Assembly (NCBI GenBank): GCA_965198115.1
Contig: OZ240241.1
Location: 2,784,001-2,848,000, forward strand
Direction: 5' to 3'
DNA from: Candidatus Latescibacterota bacterium
GTDB taxonomy: Bacteria > Latescibacterota > UBA2968
Length of the DNA: 64,000 bases
Position 1 is the first letter of the stretch. The number at the start of each line of letters is the position of its first letter. The position numbers were made by a program, and so were the translations under genes. The notes beneath the pieces were generated by a model. The model was not told where the DNA came from, ran no database searches, and was given only the letters and a program-made list of their open reading frames with translations. Shown here one piece after another: positions 33,777 through 44,290 of the stretch.

Positions 33777-34655
33777 CTAAACAGGCATTGTTCGCTTCGT
33801 GTACTCACGACCGATCGTCGCGATCTCCTCACTCGCGCCAGACATTCTCATCCCTTCGTCGATCCGTTCTTTCAAGTTCTCCGCTGAACCGCCCGATAGG
33901 AACGCAACGCCGTTCGCTTTGCACGCATTCTTGACCCGCTCTCTGGCTTCGACCATCTCGGGCGGGAGCTCGGTCGGACGGGGATAGAAACCCATCGACA
34001 TACTTAGATCGCCCGGTCCCATCTCGGCAAAGCCGATACCCGGAACACTCAAACTCTGCTCGGTGTTCGACACACCGCGGACATTTTCGATCTTGAGCCC
34101 CAGCAAGAGCTCGCCGTCCGGATTCAGTGGCCACGGATCGCACTTGCGCAAGTATTCATCGCGAGTACAGCCCCACGGCTCCATCGCCGTCGACTCCGAC
34201 CCCACCCCACGCCGGCCCTCTTCCAGGCCCTTCCCGACGCCCTGTCGATTGATTGGATATCGGCACTCCTCCACGAATGTCCTGACCGCATCGGCCGACT
34301 GGGCCATGCAAAGCAGCAGACCGTGCACTCCCCGTCCCAGAATCTGGCGGAACTGCCACGCGTTTGCCCGGATGACATCTTCGGATGTCCCGTCCACGGG
34401 TACCTCCGCGATCACCGCGGGCGTGCGGTGACCGCTGTTTGTCGGGCCACCATCGACCAGCCCTTTCATGTAATTCGCCAGGCCGGTCAAGTCGAAGCAG
34501 CCGTGCTCCATCCCGACATTGATGTAGTCTGCATACGTTTTCGCGTCCTTCTTGCCCTGCTCGTACGTCAGGACGTGGCCTGAGTGCGCGCCGGTGTAAT
34601 AGACCGGTTGATCCTGTTTCAGCAGTTCGATTGCCCGGTTAATTCGTTTTGCCAT
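33777..34655 (-). CDS. HpcH/HpaI aldolase/citrate lyase family protein
   Basis: MEHG, RYP, LKIEN..G and GPGDLSMSMG motifs. Confidence 0.85.
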   Translation of the reverse strand: MAKRINRAIELLKQDQPVYYTGAHSGHVLTYEQGKKDAKTYADYINVGMEHGCFDLTGLANYMKGLVDGGPTNSGHRTPAVIAEVPVDGTSEDVIRANAWQFRQILGRGVHGLLLCMAQSADAVRTFVEECRYPINRQGVGKGLEEGRRGVGSESTAMEPWGCTRDEYLRKCDPWPLNPDGELLLGLKIENVRGVSNTEQSLSVPGIGFAEMGPGDLSMSMGFYPRPTELPPEMVEARERVKNACKANGVAFLSGGSAENLKERIDEGMRMSGASEEIATIGREYTKRTMPV

Positions 34656-34692
34656 GGAGTTCTCCTATTCACGTTCCAGAGCTTCTCGATGC

Positions 34693-34723
34693 CCGACACT
34701 TCGACTCCCGCTCAGTGTGACGG
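34693..34723. repeat. REP-like repeat, identical to 1761-1791
   Basis: 31/31 identity with the copy at 1761. Confidence 0.8.
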
Positions 34724-34791
34724 GGTCAGTGTCGCACGCTATCTGTCATCCGTCTTCTTTCAGTGTCCTCAGTGTGCTCAGTGGCTGCCTT

Positions 34792-35772
34792 TCATCCATA
34801 AACGTCCTGGATCAGCCGACGGATGTAGCCGTTTGCGAAGGCCTTTCCGAGCTTGCCCGTATCGCCGCCCGCGAATCCCGGCGTGTGGTCCATCATGAAC
34901 GGTCCGTTGAACCCGTTATCCTTGTAGATCTGCATCGCTTTCTTCATGTCGATGTCGCCTTCGTCCATGAACACTTCTTCGAAATAGGGCAGCTGACCTC
35001 TCACGTTTCGGAAATGAACCCAGGCGATCTTGTCTCTCCCCGCCATCTCAGCGATCCAATCGTAGACCCCCTCTCCGAGCAACTCGGTCATGCACCCCTG
35101 GCAGAACAGCATCTTGTGATTGTCGCTCGGCACAGAGTCGTAGATTCGGCGCCACTGCTCGACCGACGAACAGACCTGCCACACACCACCCAGGGGCTCC
35201 GGCACCGGGGGGTCGTCCGGATGGAGGGCCATGATCACGCCCGAGCTTTCAGCCACGGGAACGACCGTCTTCAGAAACTTCTCCATCCGCTCCCACATCT
35301 CTTCTTCGGAAACTTCGGGCGAATATATCTTCGCCGGATCGCGCTCCTTCATGTAACGGTCGTAATCGAACGTGCTGTATTTTGCCCCCCCTCGCCCCGT
35401 AGCCGACTCCGTCCGGAAGTTTCCCATCGGCTTATAGTTCCAGCCCAACATGGGAATGCCGGCCTTTCCGAGCATCTCGAGAAGCTTGCACCAATCGTCC
35501 GTGCCCTTTTCCGACCCCTCGATCCCGAGCGGAATCTCCCTCGGAACGGAATAAAACAGGTTGTTCAACTTCATCCCTTTCGACTCCACTCTATCACGCG
35601 CTTTGATCAGCGGCTCGGGGTCGAACTTCCCCTCACTGATGTTCATTTCGTGACCTTCAATCGCCACGGACCCGCGCGTTTCGAGATGGATGGTGTCCAC
35701 ACCGATCGCCGCATAGAAATCGAGCCAATCGCTATCCAGATTGTCCCAGCCTACCTGATCCTGTATCAGCAT
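34792..35772 (-). CDS. uxuA: Mannonate dehydratase (UxuA) family protein
   Basis: ALHPDDPP, FCQGC, VHFRNV.G and EVFMDEGDIDM motifs. Confidence 0.88.
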   Translation of the reverse strand: MLIQDQVGWDNLDSDWLDFYAAIGVDTIHLETRGSVAIEGHEMNISEGKFDPEPLIKARDRVESKGMKLNNLFYSVPREIPLGIEGSEKGTDDWCKLLEMLGKAGIPMLGWNYKPMGNFRTESATGRGGAKYSTFDYDRYMKERDPAKIYSPEVSEEEMWERMEKFLKTVVPVAESSGVIMALHPDDPPVPEPLGGVWQVCSSVEQWRRIYDSVPSDNHKMLFCQGCMTELLGEGVYDWIAEMAGRDKIAWVHFRNVRGQLPYFEEVFMDEGDIDMKKAMQIYKDNGFNGPFMMDHTPGFAGGDTGKLGKAFANGYIRRLIQDVYG

Positions 35773-35801
35773 TTATGCCTCCTCGTGGGAACACTCGCAG
35801 G

Positions 35802-35875
35802 GTCACTTCGAGCGGAGTCGAGAAGTCCCTTTCCGAGAGACCGATGGGCTTGTTCTCGACTACGCTCGAACCGAC
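35802..35875. repeat. REPIN-like inverted doublet
   Basis: ttcgagcggagtcgagaa ... ttctcgactacgctcgaa form an inverted pair; same family as 1761. Confidence 0.75.
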
Positions 35876-35913
35876 GCCGCAGTTCAGAATGCGAATAACG
35901 AGTCACCGCGTGA

Positions 35914-37014
35914 CTAATAGTCTGAGACGGTCCCGTCGCGCAGCCTCGCGTTCGGCCACTGGAACTGACTCTCCGTCGTTCGGCCGAATTCGATGGCCGC
36001 CTGTTCGTTGACCTCGACACCCAGCCCCGGGCCTTCGGGCAATGACACCATGCCATCTTCATCCATCTCGTACGTCTTTGTCGCGACTTCATCCGGAACC
36101 CGCTTGGCATAGCCCTCGTGGATCAGAAACATCGGCACGGATGCGGCGACGTGCAGGCTGGCGGACGTTCCGAGATAGGTCATCGTACAGTGGGGCGCGA
36201 TCGGCACGAGGTGGGCTTCGGCGATCGCCGCAACTTTGCGCATCGACGTAATGCCACCCCCGTGACCGCAATCCGGCTGCAGGACATCGATCACCTGCGC
36301 CTCGAGGATTTCGCGGTTCTCCCAGATTGTTCGATCACGCTCTCCCGTCGCCAGCGGGACCGGAACGGATTCCCTGATCTTCTTCATCACTTCGATATTC
36401 CCGGGAACCCACGCCTCCTCGAGAAAGAGCAGATCATCGGGTTTCAGATATCCCGCGAACTGCTTGACCAGGGGAGGTGGCATACAACTGTGGGCGTCGA
36501 ACATCACCGCGCCGTCCGGGCCAACCTTTTCCCGCGCATCCCTGACGCGCTGTACGAGTTCTTCGACCTCTGCAGGCGTTCCGGCAAAGTATTGAGCTCC
36601 ACCAGGCCCGATCTTGGTCGCCTTTGGCCCCGGATACATCCAGATCTTGTCGCGGCACGGTCCGCCGAGCAGACGGTAGACGGGCACACCGTGCAGCTTG
36701 CCCGTGATATCCCAGAGGGCCATGTCGATGCCGGAAATGGTGTGCATCATCAACCCGCCGTTCCGCAAGTTACGATGGGCCCTGAACAACCGTTGCCACA
36801 GGTGCTCTGTTCGGGTCGGATTCTCGTTCATAATGAGCTGACCCAGAGACTCTGCCAACGCGCAGACGACTTTCGTCTCCATGTTGTTGATCTCGCCCCA
36901 TCCCGTGACGCCCATGTTCGTCTCGACCTTGACGTAGGCCTTCAAGCCCAGAGGAATGGCCGTAAGACCCGTCACCCGAATGTTGGTTGCCCTGTCTTCC
37001 GATTCGTTACTCAT
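35914..37014 (-). CDS. Mandelate racemase/muconate lactonizing enzyme family dehydratase
   Basis: GVTGWGE, IDMALWDITGK, FDAH, LEE, ATGER, QPD, APH and PGLG motifs. Confidence 0.9.
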   Translation of the reverse strand: MSNESEDRATNIRVTGLTAIPLGLKAYVKVETNMGVTGWGEINNMETKVVCALAESLGQLIMNENPTRTEHLWQRLFRAHRNLRNGGLMMHTISGIDMALWDITGKLHGVPVYRLLGGPCRDKIWMYPGPKATKIGPGGAQYFAGTPAEVEELVQRVRDAREKVGPDGAVMFDAHSCMPPPLVKQFAGYLKPDDLLFLEEAWVPGNIEVMKKIRESVPVPLATGERDRTIWENREILEAQVIDVLQPDCGHGGGITSMRKVAAIAEAHLVPIAPHCTMTYLGTSASLHVAASVPMFLIHEGYAKRVPDEVATKTYEMDEDGMVSLPEGPGLGVEVNEQAAIEFGRTTESQFQWPNARLRDGTVSDY

Positions 37015-37051
37015 CCTTCCATCCTTTCGTGCCTGTTGTAGCTACGTCGCG

Positions 37052-38598
37052 TCAACCGGCCGCTTTCAAAGCGGAGACGATGGCCGTCTTGTCCGGCCTC
37101 CGCATTCTCTTCGCCGTGTCAGTTGGCGTCTTCCCCCTGAGGTTCGGATGGTTTACGTTCGCACCGTTGGAAACCAACAGCCCCACCATCGAAACCATAT
37201 CTGCACGCTTGCCGGCTTTGAAGGCGTAGAACAGGGGTGTCTCACCCTCATCACTCACGGCATTCGGGTCCGCCCCCCGGTCGAGCAGAACCTGGGTCGA
37301 TTCGAGGAACCCGGCCTTGGCCGTGTAGTGCAAGGCGGTCGCGCCACGAAGCCTCGTATCAATTTTCGCACCCCGATCGAGCAACGCCCCGACGAAAGCG
37401 GGGTTGTCGCGCTGACTGTTGTTCCCCGTGCACGAACGCCAGATCCAAGCTCCGTCGGGATAGTTCACGTCTGCACCCTTCGGCATCAACAGATCCACGA
37501 TCTCCGGTTCGAGAACCCACGCACCCGGTCCAACGCGAGTGGCGTCAGCGCCGTGGTCGAGCAGCAACCTCGTGAGCTCGCTCTGTCCTCTGTTGGCAGC
37601 TTGGCGCACAAGCGCGGTGCTGTTCTTCCCGACCCCCGCTCCCTCGTCGAACAGGAATCGAACCACGTCGAGATGGCCACCGTAAACGGCGTGATGGATT
37701 GGCATCACCTCGAGCACATCGCTCACGGGATCTTCAACTCGAACGAGGTCAGGATCCTGCTTTAACCATTCCGAAACCGTTGCGGCATCGCCCAAAAGAG
37801 ACGCCGTGAAGATGTCGTAGATGGCACCTCTGGATTTCAGCAGTTCGGTCGTCTCTCCATGCCCCTTGAGGAAGGCGGCACACAACGCCGTCACGAGTAA
37901 ACTCTGGATGTCACAGCCTTCTTTGAACGGTGCAGGCACGTTCGGATCGACCCCCGCATCCATAAGAACAGAAACCGTCTCCGACTTTCCTCTGATGGCG
38001 GCCTCGTGCAGGACTTCCGCCATTTCGAGGGTGTCATCGAGCAGATCCGGCGTGCCCTCCAACGCGTGGCGGAGCTCGTCGGCGCGATCTTGAGCTGCCA
38101 GCTTCTTAAGGGGCCTGAACGGGCGTATTCGGTTGCACCGCAGATCGTTCGGTCGAGTCGGTTCCGTCTTCTCATTCACAAAAGACAGCGCAATGGGCGT
38201 GCGACGGTGAGAACCTCCTCCACGTGATCTGCGTCGTCCAGGACGGTTCGGAGCGCCCTGTTCAGGTGACCCAACCACCGCTTCGCGGATGCTTCGGTGA
38301 TATGGATGTGTCCGTGCCGGTGTTGCAGACTGTTGTAGACGTGATGGTGCGTGTGGGCCGGTTCCCCTCCCAGCCACTCCTGGAAGAAATCCTTCTGCTT
38401 GGCGCGTTCTCCATCGAGGTGGGCAACGAACATCGGCCTGATCGCCTTATCCCCCTCGATCCCGTCGTAGAGGTAATCGACGATTCGTTCGATGACCTGG
38501 CGTCCCCCGATCCGCTCGAAAAGTGTCTGATCGGGCTTGAGCGATCTAACACGACTATCGAGTCCGCCTCGGTGTGCAACCCGATGCTCAGAGGCCAT
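37052..38598 (-). CDS. Truncated haemoglobin (group II-like) fused to ankyrin repeats (frameshift near 38195)
   Basis: LFERIGG..IERIVD.LY, FFQEWLGG and LQHRH.HIHIT...AKRWL. One extra C in a C-run gives ARPIALSFVN, continuing into ankyrin repeats (PIHHAVYGGHLDVV, TALHYTAKAG, ETPLFYA). Confidence 0.75.
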
Positions 38599-38805
38599 TC
38601 TGTTATCCTCAATTCAGGATTCCCACAAATCGCCTCGGCTCATCCAACCCGGAGAATGAGCCGGTCGAGCAAGTTAGATACGGGATCGCTTTCGGTCCAG
38701 CTAGACACGATGGTGCAGCGCTGTGTCGGGGAACCCGGTTGCACCGCCAGAAAGCGAAAGGTATACTCCACGACACCGCACCAGAACAAACCGACGGAGA
38801 CCGAT

Positions 38806-39684
38806 GTGTCGAACCGCAGTCGACTTCCATCAGCCACGACGTTTACGATCGTTTTTCTTCTCTTCTTGGTGCCCGACCTTCCGGCGGTAGCGCAGCAAGA
38901 GGTCATCGAACACAAGGAACTCCGCTTCGCGGCTGTCGACCGTCGAGACTTGCTGCTGGACCTCTACGTGCCCGAGTCGCCACGTTGTCTGATCGTCTGG
39001 GTCCACGGGGGCCGCTGGTGGCGCGGGATCCGATCCTCCTTTCCTGAGGGACTGGTGACCCGAGGCTATGCCCTTGCCAGTGTCGATTACCGGCTTGCCA
39101 CGGAGGCAATTTTTCCCGCACAGGTCCACGACATCAAGGCTGCAATTCGATTCCTGCGTGCTCACGCGGAACGATACGGATATCCCGGTAGCCCGATCGC
39201 GATCGCCGGGGCATCGGCTGGTGGTCACCTCGCTGCACTCGTCGGCGTCACCAATGGAGACGAGGCTTACGAAGGAAGACTCGGAGACCATCTCGATCGA
39301 TCTTCCTCCGTCCAGGCCATTCTGGACCTCTTCGGGCCGACCAATCTGCTGACGATTCTGGATCAATCCAGCATTCAAGGATATAAGGTGCGGGCACCCG
39401 CCCTGGCGCTTCTGCTCGGCGGGGACCCCGGAGCTGTGCAGGATCTCGCGCGCCGGGCCAGCCCGGTCTTCCAGGTCGATTCTGGGGACCCGCCGCTTCT
39501 GATCATCCACGGCGATCAGGACATTCAGGTTCCCATCAACCAATCACACGAGCTCACTGGCGCCTACGAGGAACACGGCCTCCGAGTCCGGATGAAAGTC
39601 ATACACGGTGGTGGACACGGTGGGGTGGATAGTCCCGAATTCCTGAGTGAGATGGATGATTTTCTGTCGACCGTCGTGAACTGA
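38806..39684 (+). CDS. Secreted alpha/beta hydrolase (esterase/lipase, HSL-like)
   Basis: Signal peptide; VHGG.W, DYRLA, GASAGGHLA, HGDQD and GGHG motifs. Confidence 0.88.
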   Translation: MSNRSRLPSATTFTIVFLLFLVPDLPAVAQQEVIEHKELRFAAVDRRDLLLDLYVPESPRCLIVWVHGGRWWRGIRSSFPEGLVTRGYALASVDYRLATEAIFPAQVHDIKAAIRFLRAHAERYGYPGSPIAIAGASAGGHLAALVGVTNGDEAYEGRLGDHLDRSSSVQAILDLFGPTNLLTILDQSSIQGYKVRAPALALLLGGDPGAVQDLARRASPVFQVDSGDPPLLIIHGDQDIQVPINQSHELTGAYEEHGLRVRMKVIHGGGHGGVDSPEFLSEMDDFLSTVVN

Positions 39685-39696
39685 CTGACCGAAAGG

Positions 39697-40188
39697 ATGC
39701 GTATGGAGATTCAGAAGGACAAAGTCGTTGAAATGCACTACACACTCAAAGACGACGACGGTCAAACGCTCGAATCCTCCGAAGGCAGCGATCCCGTCAT
39801 TTACCTTCAGGGCGCGGGCAACATCATCGATGGCCTCGAGGCGGCGCTCATCGGCAGACAGACAGGTGACAAGGTCGACGTCAGCGTCGAGCCAAGCGAT
39901 GGATACGGCGAGCGGGATGAGTCACTCGTTCAGAAGGTCGATCGGAGCAACTTCGAGGGCATCGATGAGCTGGAAGTGGGCATGCGATTCGAGGCCGAGA
40001 CGGACGACGGAACAGTGCCCGTTCGCATCACGGCAATCGACGATGATACCGTGACCGTCGACGGCAATCACGAGCTAGCTGGCGTGCGGCTGCGCTTCTC
40101 AGTCAGTATCGAAAGTGTGCGCGAGGCCACGCCCGAGGAAATCGAGCACGGTCACGCACACGGGCCGGGTGGACACCACCATCATTGA
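39697..40188 (+). CDS. slyD: FKBP-type peptidyl-prolyl isomerase SlyD
   Basis: YLQGAGNIIDGLE, GYGERD, VDGNHELAG, REATPEEIEHGH and a His-rich tail. Confidence 0.93.
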   Translation: MRMEIQKDKVVEMHYTLKDDDGQTLESSEGSDPVIYLQGAGNIIDGLEAALIGRQTGDKVDVSVEPSDGYGERDESLVQKVDRSNFEGIDELEVGMRFEAETDDGTVPVRITAIDDDTVTVDGNHELAGVRLRFSVSIESVREATPEEIEHGHAHGPGGHHHH

Positions 40189-40265
40189 AAACACTGCGCC
40201 ACCGAGACACACTGAGCACTCAGAGGAAAACAACTGATCGTGGCGAGTCTCGAAGCCCGAGTAGG

Positions 40266-40943
40266 ATGGTCAAACACGGATCCCTACCCAGACGACTCGA
40301 CCAGAAAATGCTCCTGCGGGGTGTTCACGACCTGTGTAGGATCGATCCAGATCTCGCTGAAGTCGTCCGACGACACGGACCGCCACCCCTGTGGGGACGC
40401 CAACCGGGTTTCGCCACACTGTTGCGCATCATTCTCGAACAGCAGGTGTCCCTCGCGTCCGGACGGGCGGTCTATCGCCGGATCGAAGGCGAAATCGGAC
40501 GTATCAATGTCCAGACCGTATTGGGCGCCGGGACTCGGGGGCTCCGTGCACTCGGTGTGACGCGCCAGAAGGCGAGTTGTTGGATCGAGGTCGCGAGAGC
40601 TGCCGACGATGGTCGCCTGAATCTGCGTCGGCTCGGCCAATCAGATGACGAACAGGCGCGTGCAGAACTGATGGACATTAAAGGCATCGGCCCCTGGACA
40701 GCGAACGTCTATCTCCTGATGGCCCTTCGGCGGCCCGACATCTGGCCGCCCGGTGACGTCGCCCTCCTGACCGCTTTGCAACATCTCCGAAAGTCGAAAG
40801 CACGTCCGTCGAACGAGGAGGCACTGGTCGAGGCGGAAAGTTGGCGTCCGTGGCGGGCGGTTGCCGCACGCATCCTCTGGCACGGCTATCTCTCCGGCAG
40901 CCTGACGAACACCTCACGCCGAACGCAAAAACCAGGGCAATGA
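40266..40943 (+). CDS. alkA: DNA-3-methyladenine glycosylase II (AlkA family)
   Basis: ILEQQVS, HhH motif IKGIGPWTA, PPGDVAL and WRPWR. Confidence 0.88.
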   Translation: MVKHGSLPRRLDQKMLLRGVHDLCRIDPDLAEVVRRHGPPPLWGRQPGFATLLRIILEQQVSLASGRAVYRRIEGEIGRINVQTVLGAGTRGLRALGVTRQKASCWIEVARAADDGRLNLRRLGQSDDEQARAELMDIKGIGPWTANVYLLMALRRPDIWPPGDVALLTALQHLRKSKARPSNEEALVEAESWRPWRAVAARILWHGYLSGSLTNTSRRTQKPGQ

Positions 40944-43335
40944 AACGCGAGCTCGCTGCGACATCCCTGGCCGTCCTCCTCACCTCCACGATCTGCGGAG
41001 CCAGCAACTGGGCTAGCTCGGGCGGACCCAACGGCGATTTCACCGTTCACGACGCGGGCACGCTCAGCCCCGATCGATCATACGATCTGAGAGTCGTGTG
41101 GCGAAAACCTCTCGGGTCAGGTTATTCCGCCATCTCCGTCGTCGATGATCTGGCCGTCACTGCCTATTCCGACGGCGAACTGGACTACGTCGTCGCCTTC
41201 GACTCCGAAACTGGGGATACCCGATGGCGTCACACGATCGGCCCCGCCTATCTCGGCCACTACGGATCGCAGAACGGTCCTCTCTCAACGCCTCTATTGA
41301 CAGCCGGTCGCGTCGTCGCCCTTGGCCCGCGTGGTCGGCTGTTCGCCCTCCACCTCCAAACGGGTGAACCGATCTGGGAAGTCGATCTCGTCGCGTCCCA
41401 CGGCGCGATTTCGCCTTTCTGGGGCTTCACCAGTTCCCCACGACTTCACCTCGATCGGATCCTCGTCCAGACGGGTGGCCAGAATGAAGAGGCGATCGCC
41501 GCGTTCGATCTTGCCTCCGGCCGCCATCTGTGGTCCACACTGAGTGACTCGGTCGGTTATCAGTCCCCCGCGATCGATCGACTCGGTGACCGGGACCAGG
41601 TTCTCTTCCACGGAAACGGGATCCTCAGCGGCCTGGATCCTACGTCGGGCGAAGTCCTCTGGTCATTCAATCACGGCGGCCAAACCGGTGCCGGAGCCAC
41701 GAGCGGTCATCCCATCCGAACGGGTGACGGACGCTATTTCATCAAGAACGGGCCTGGCGGCGTCACCGTCGACGTCCTGCCGGCCGAAGCCGGTTCGTAT
41801 TCTGTCGAGGAGGTCTGGCGGTCGACACACATCCGAAGCACCTACATCTACCCCATCCATCACGCCGGCCTTCTCTATGGATACAATCGCCGCATCCTGA
41901 CGGCGGTCGACGCAAATACGGGTGAGCGCGTGTGGCGCTCGCGTGAGCCCGGCGATGGGCTACCCCTCGTCCTGGATGGTCACCTGGTCGTCCTCACCAA
42001 GGAGGGTCGACTCTCGATCGCCCCTGCGAACGACCAGGGTTATAGCGAAAGCGCGAGTCTGCAACTCTTCGAGGATATCGTGTGGACACCGGCCAGCTTC
42101 GCGAACGGCAAACTCTACGCGCGCAGTATGGGCGAGATCGCGTGCGTCGAGATCGTCCCACACACTTCCTCGGTCGTTCAGGCGTCAGCCATCGATGGCA
42201 TCGTGCCCGGTAGCCGTTTCGCCGAGTTCATCGCCGAACTGGAAGCTGATCCCGAAAAGATGGTCCGCACGGACCGATTCCTTGGTGCGCAGGAGACCTT
42301 CCCCATCATCGAGGGAGACAGCCTCGCCCATTTCGTCTACCGGGGCCCCGGCGATGTCGTCACGATGACCGGGGATCACGTGGGTCGACGAATCGAAAAA
42401 CCCCTACATCGCGTGCCCGGCACTGACTTGCACCACTACTCGATTCATCTCGAGCCAGACGCGCGCATCACCTATCACTTCACGCGGAACCTGACAGAGA
42501 CGTTCACCGACCCACTCAATCCACGCCCTGACTTCCGGTCCTCGTTCTATGGCCGGGCTTCATGGTTCGCCATGCCTAAGTGGCACTCACCCGAACACCT
42601 CGTCGCGCGTTCCGACGGTATTCACGGACGCATCGACACCGTCCAGCTCTTTTCGCGACAGATGACACCGTGTCGATCGGCGTCTACCTGCCGCCCGGAT
42701 ACGATCGGGGCAACGACCGTTACCCCGCCGCCTACGTACACGGTTCTCGAAGACCGCTCAGGTCGGGGATGCTCGATGTTTCGCTCGACAATCTCATCGG
42801 CGGTCGAGTTCGCCCCCTCATCGTCGTCTTCCTACCCTCGCTCATCGGTCGAGGCTATCAGCAGTATGTCGGTACGCACCGCGACGACTACAGGGACCGC
42901 TTCGTCGATCGCGTTGTCCCTTTTATCGACGGGACCTACCGAACGTCGACCCACCGCCGGGATCGGGCAAACGTAGGATCGACTTACGGCGGGTTCGCCG
43001 CCTTCTACGCCACCTTCTCACGCCCTAACCTGTTTGGGGGTTTGGCGATTCAGACGATGGTTTGGGACCAGGAGGTGGACGCGGCGCACACCTCACTCAT
43101 TCCACACGACTCATCAATGCCGTCGCTGCAGATCTATCTGGATTGGGGGAAATACGACCTGCGAAGTCCTGCCGAAGGCAACGACCTCGGGAAGTCGAGT
43201 ACCATTTTCGCACGTCGCTTGATGGAAAGGGGTTACGAATTCGTCGGAGGGATGGTCAACGACGGATCGGGCTGGGCAAGCTGGCGCAACAGGACGGATC
43301 GTGTATTCGAGACGCTCTTTCCGTTGAACGATTGA
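40940..43335 (+). CDS. Secreted PQQ-like beta-propeller fused to an enterochelin-esterase-like alpha/beta hydrolase (frameshift near 42655)
   Basis: Signal peptide from ATG 40940; propeller motifs (GSGYSA, STP, TGE..W); FPIIEGD..HFVYRG and DPLNP; then VYLPPGY...RYP, PFIDGTYRT and GSTYGG in the next frame. Confidence 0.78.
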
Positions 43336-43557
43336 CCATAGAGTCCCCTCCTCGGAGGGGACGACAGGGGTGGGTCTACCCCCGGGAGGGAACGACAGAG
43401 GTGGGTCCGCCCGCAAAACCACGAAGCGCAAAGGCGGGCTTGCTCGCTCGACACGGTTCGAAATGTCCAGGCCAATCTGGCTATAGAAAGGGCTAACGGA
43501 AGCCATCCTGCGGGTCTATACTTCGAAACACAAAATACGATCAGACAGGGGTCGGCC

Positions 43558-44253
43558 GTGAAGACTATCGGGCTCGGTGGGATGAGCTGGGAATCCACCG
43601 TATCCTACTACCAAACGATCAATCGATGCGTCAGCACGCGTCTGGGGGGCTTTCACTCTGCGAAAATCCTGCTCAACAGTGTCGATTTCGCTCCGGTCGA
43701 GAAGGCCCAGAGGGAGAATCGCTGGGACGATGCCGGTCAAGTCGTCGCAGATGCCGCAGGGGCCCTCGAACGTGGAGGTGCGGACTTCCTCGTCATCGGG
43801 TGCAACACAATGCATCGGGCAGCCGATCGGATCGAGTCCTCGGTCAACCTCCCGCTCCTCCACATCGCCGACGCTACCGCGGATGAAGTCATTGCCCGTG
43901 GAATGGAGCGCGTCGGTTTTCTCGGCACTCGATTTACGATGCAGGAGGACTTCATTCGGGGTCGTCTCGAACGACGAAACCTGACGGTCGAGATCCCCAA
44001 GTCGGGTGAATGCGAAATCATTCATCGCGTCATCTACGAGGAGCTGATCGCCGGTCATCTTTCCGACTTGTCAAGAACGGAATACGTCCAAATCGTAGAG
44101 CGCCTGTCCGCGAATGGCTGCGAGGGAGTCGTCCTCGGGTGCACAGAAGTCGGCATGCTCATCGGCCCAGCCGACACGCAAGTTCCTTTGTTCGATACCG
44201 CGGAGATTCACGCTGAGAGGGCAGCAACGTACGCCCTCGAAGACGGCACTTGA
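43558..44253 (+). CDS. Aspartate/glutamate racemase family protein (RacX/YgeA-like)
   Basis: KTIGL(-)GGMSWEST, GCNTMH, PLLHIAD and LGCTE; both catalytic Cys are present. Confidence 0.92.
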   Translation: MKTIGLGGMSWESTVSYYQTINRCVSTRLGGFHSAKILLNSVDFAPVEKAQRENRWDDAGQVVADAAGALERGGADFLVIGCNTMHRAADRIESSVNLPLLHIADATADEVIARGMERVGFLGTRFTMQEDFIRGRLERRNLTVEIPKSGECEIIHRVIYEELIAGHLSDLSRTEYVQIVERLSANGCEGVVLGCTEVGMLIGPADTQVPLFDTAEIHAERAATYALEDGT

Positions 44254-44290
44254 AACGCAGACTACCCCCCACGTAACTGGAGAGCAATGC

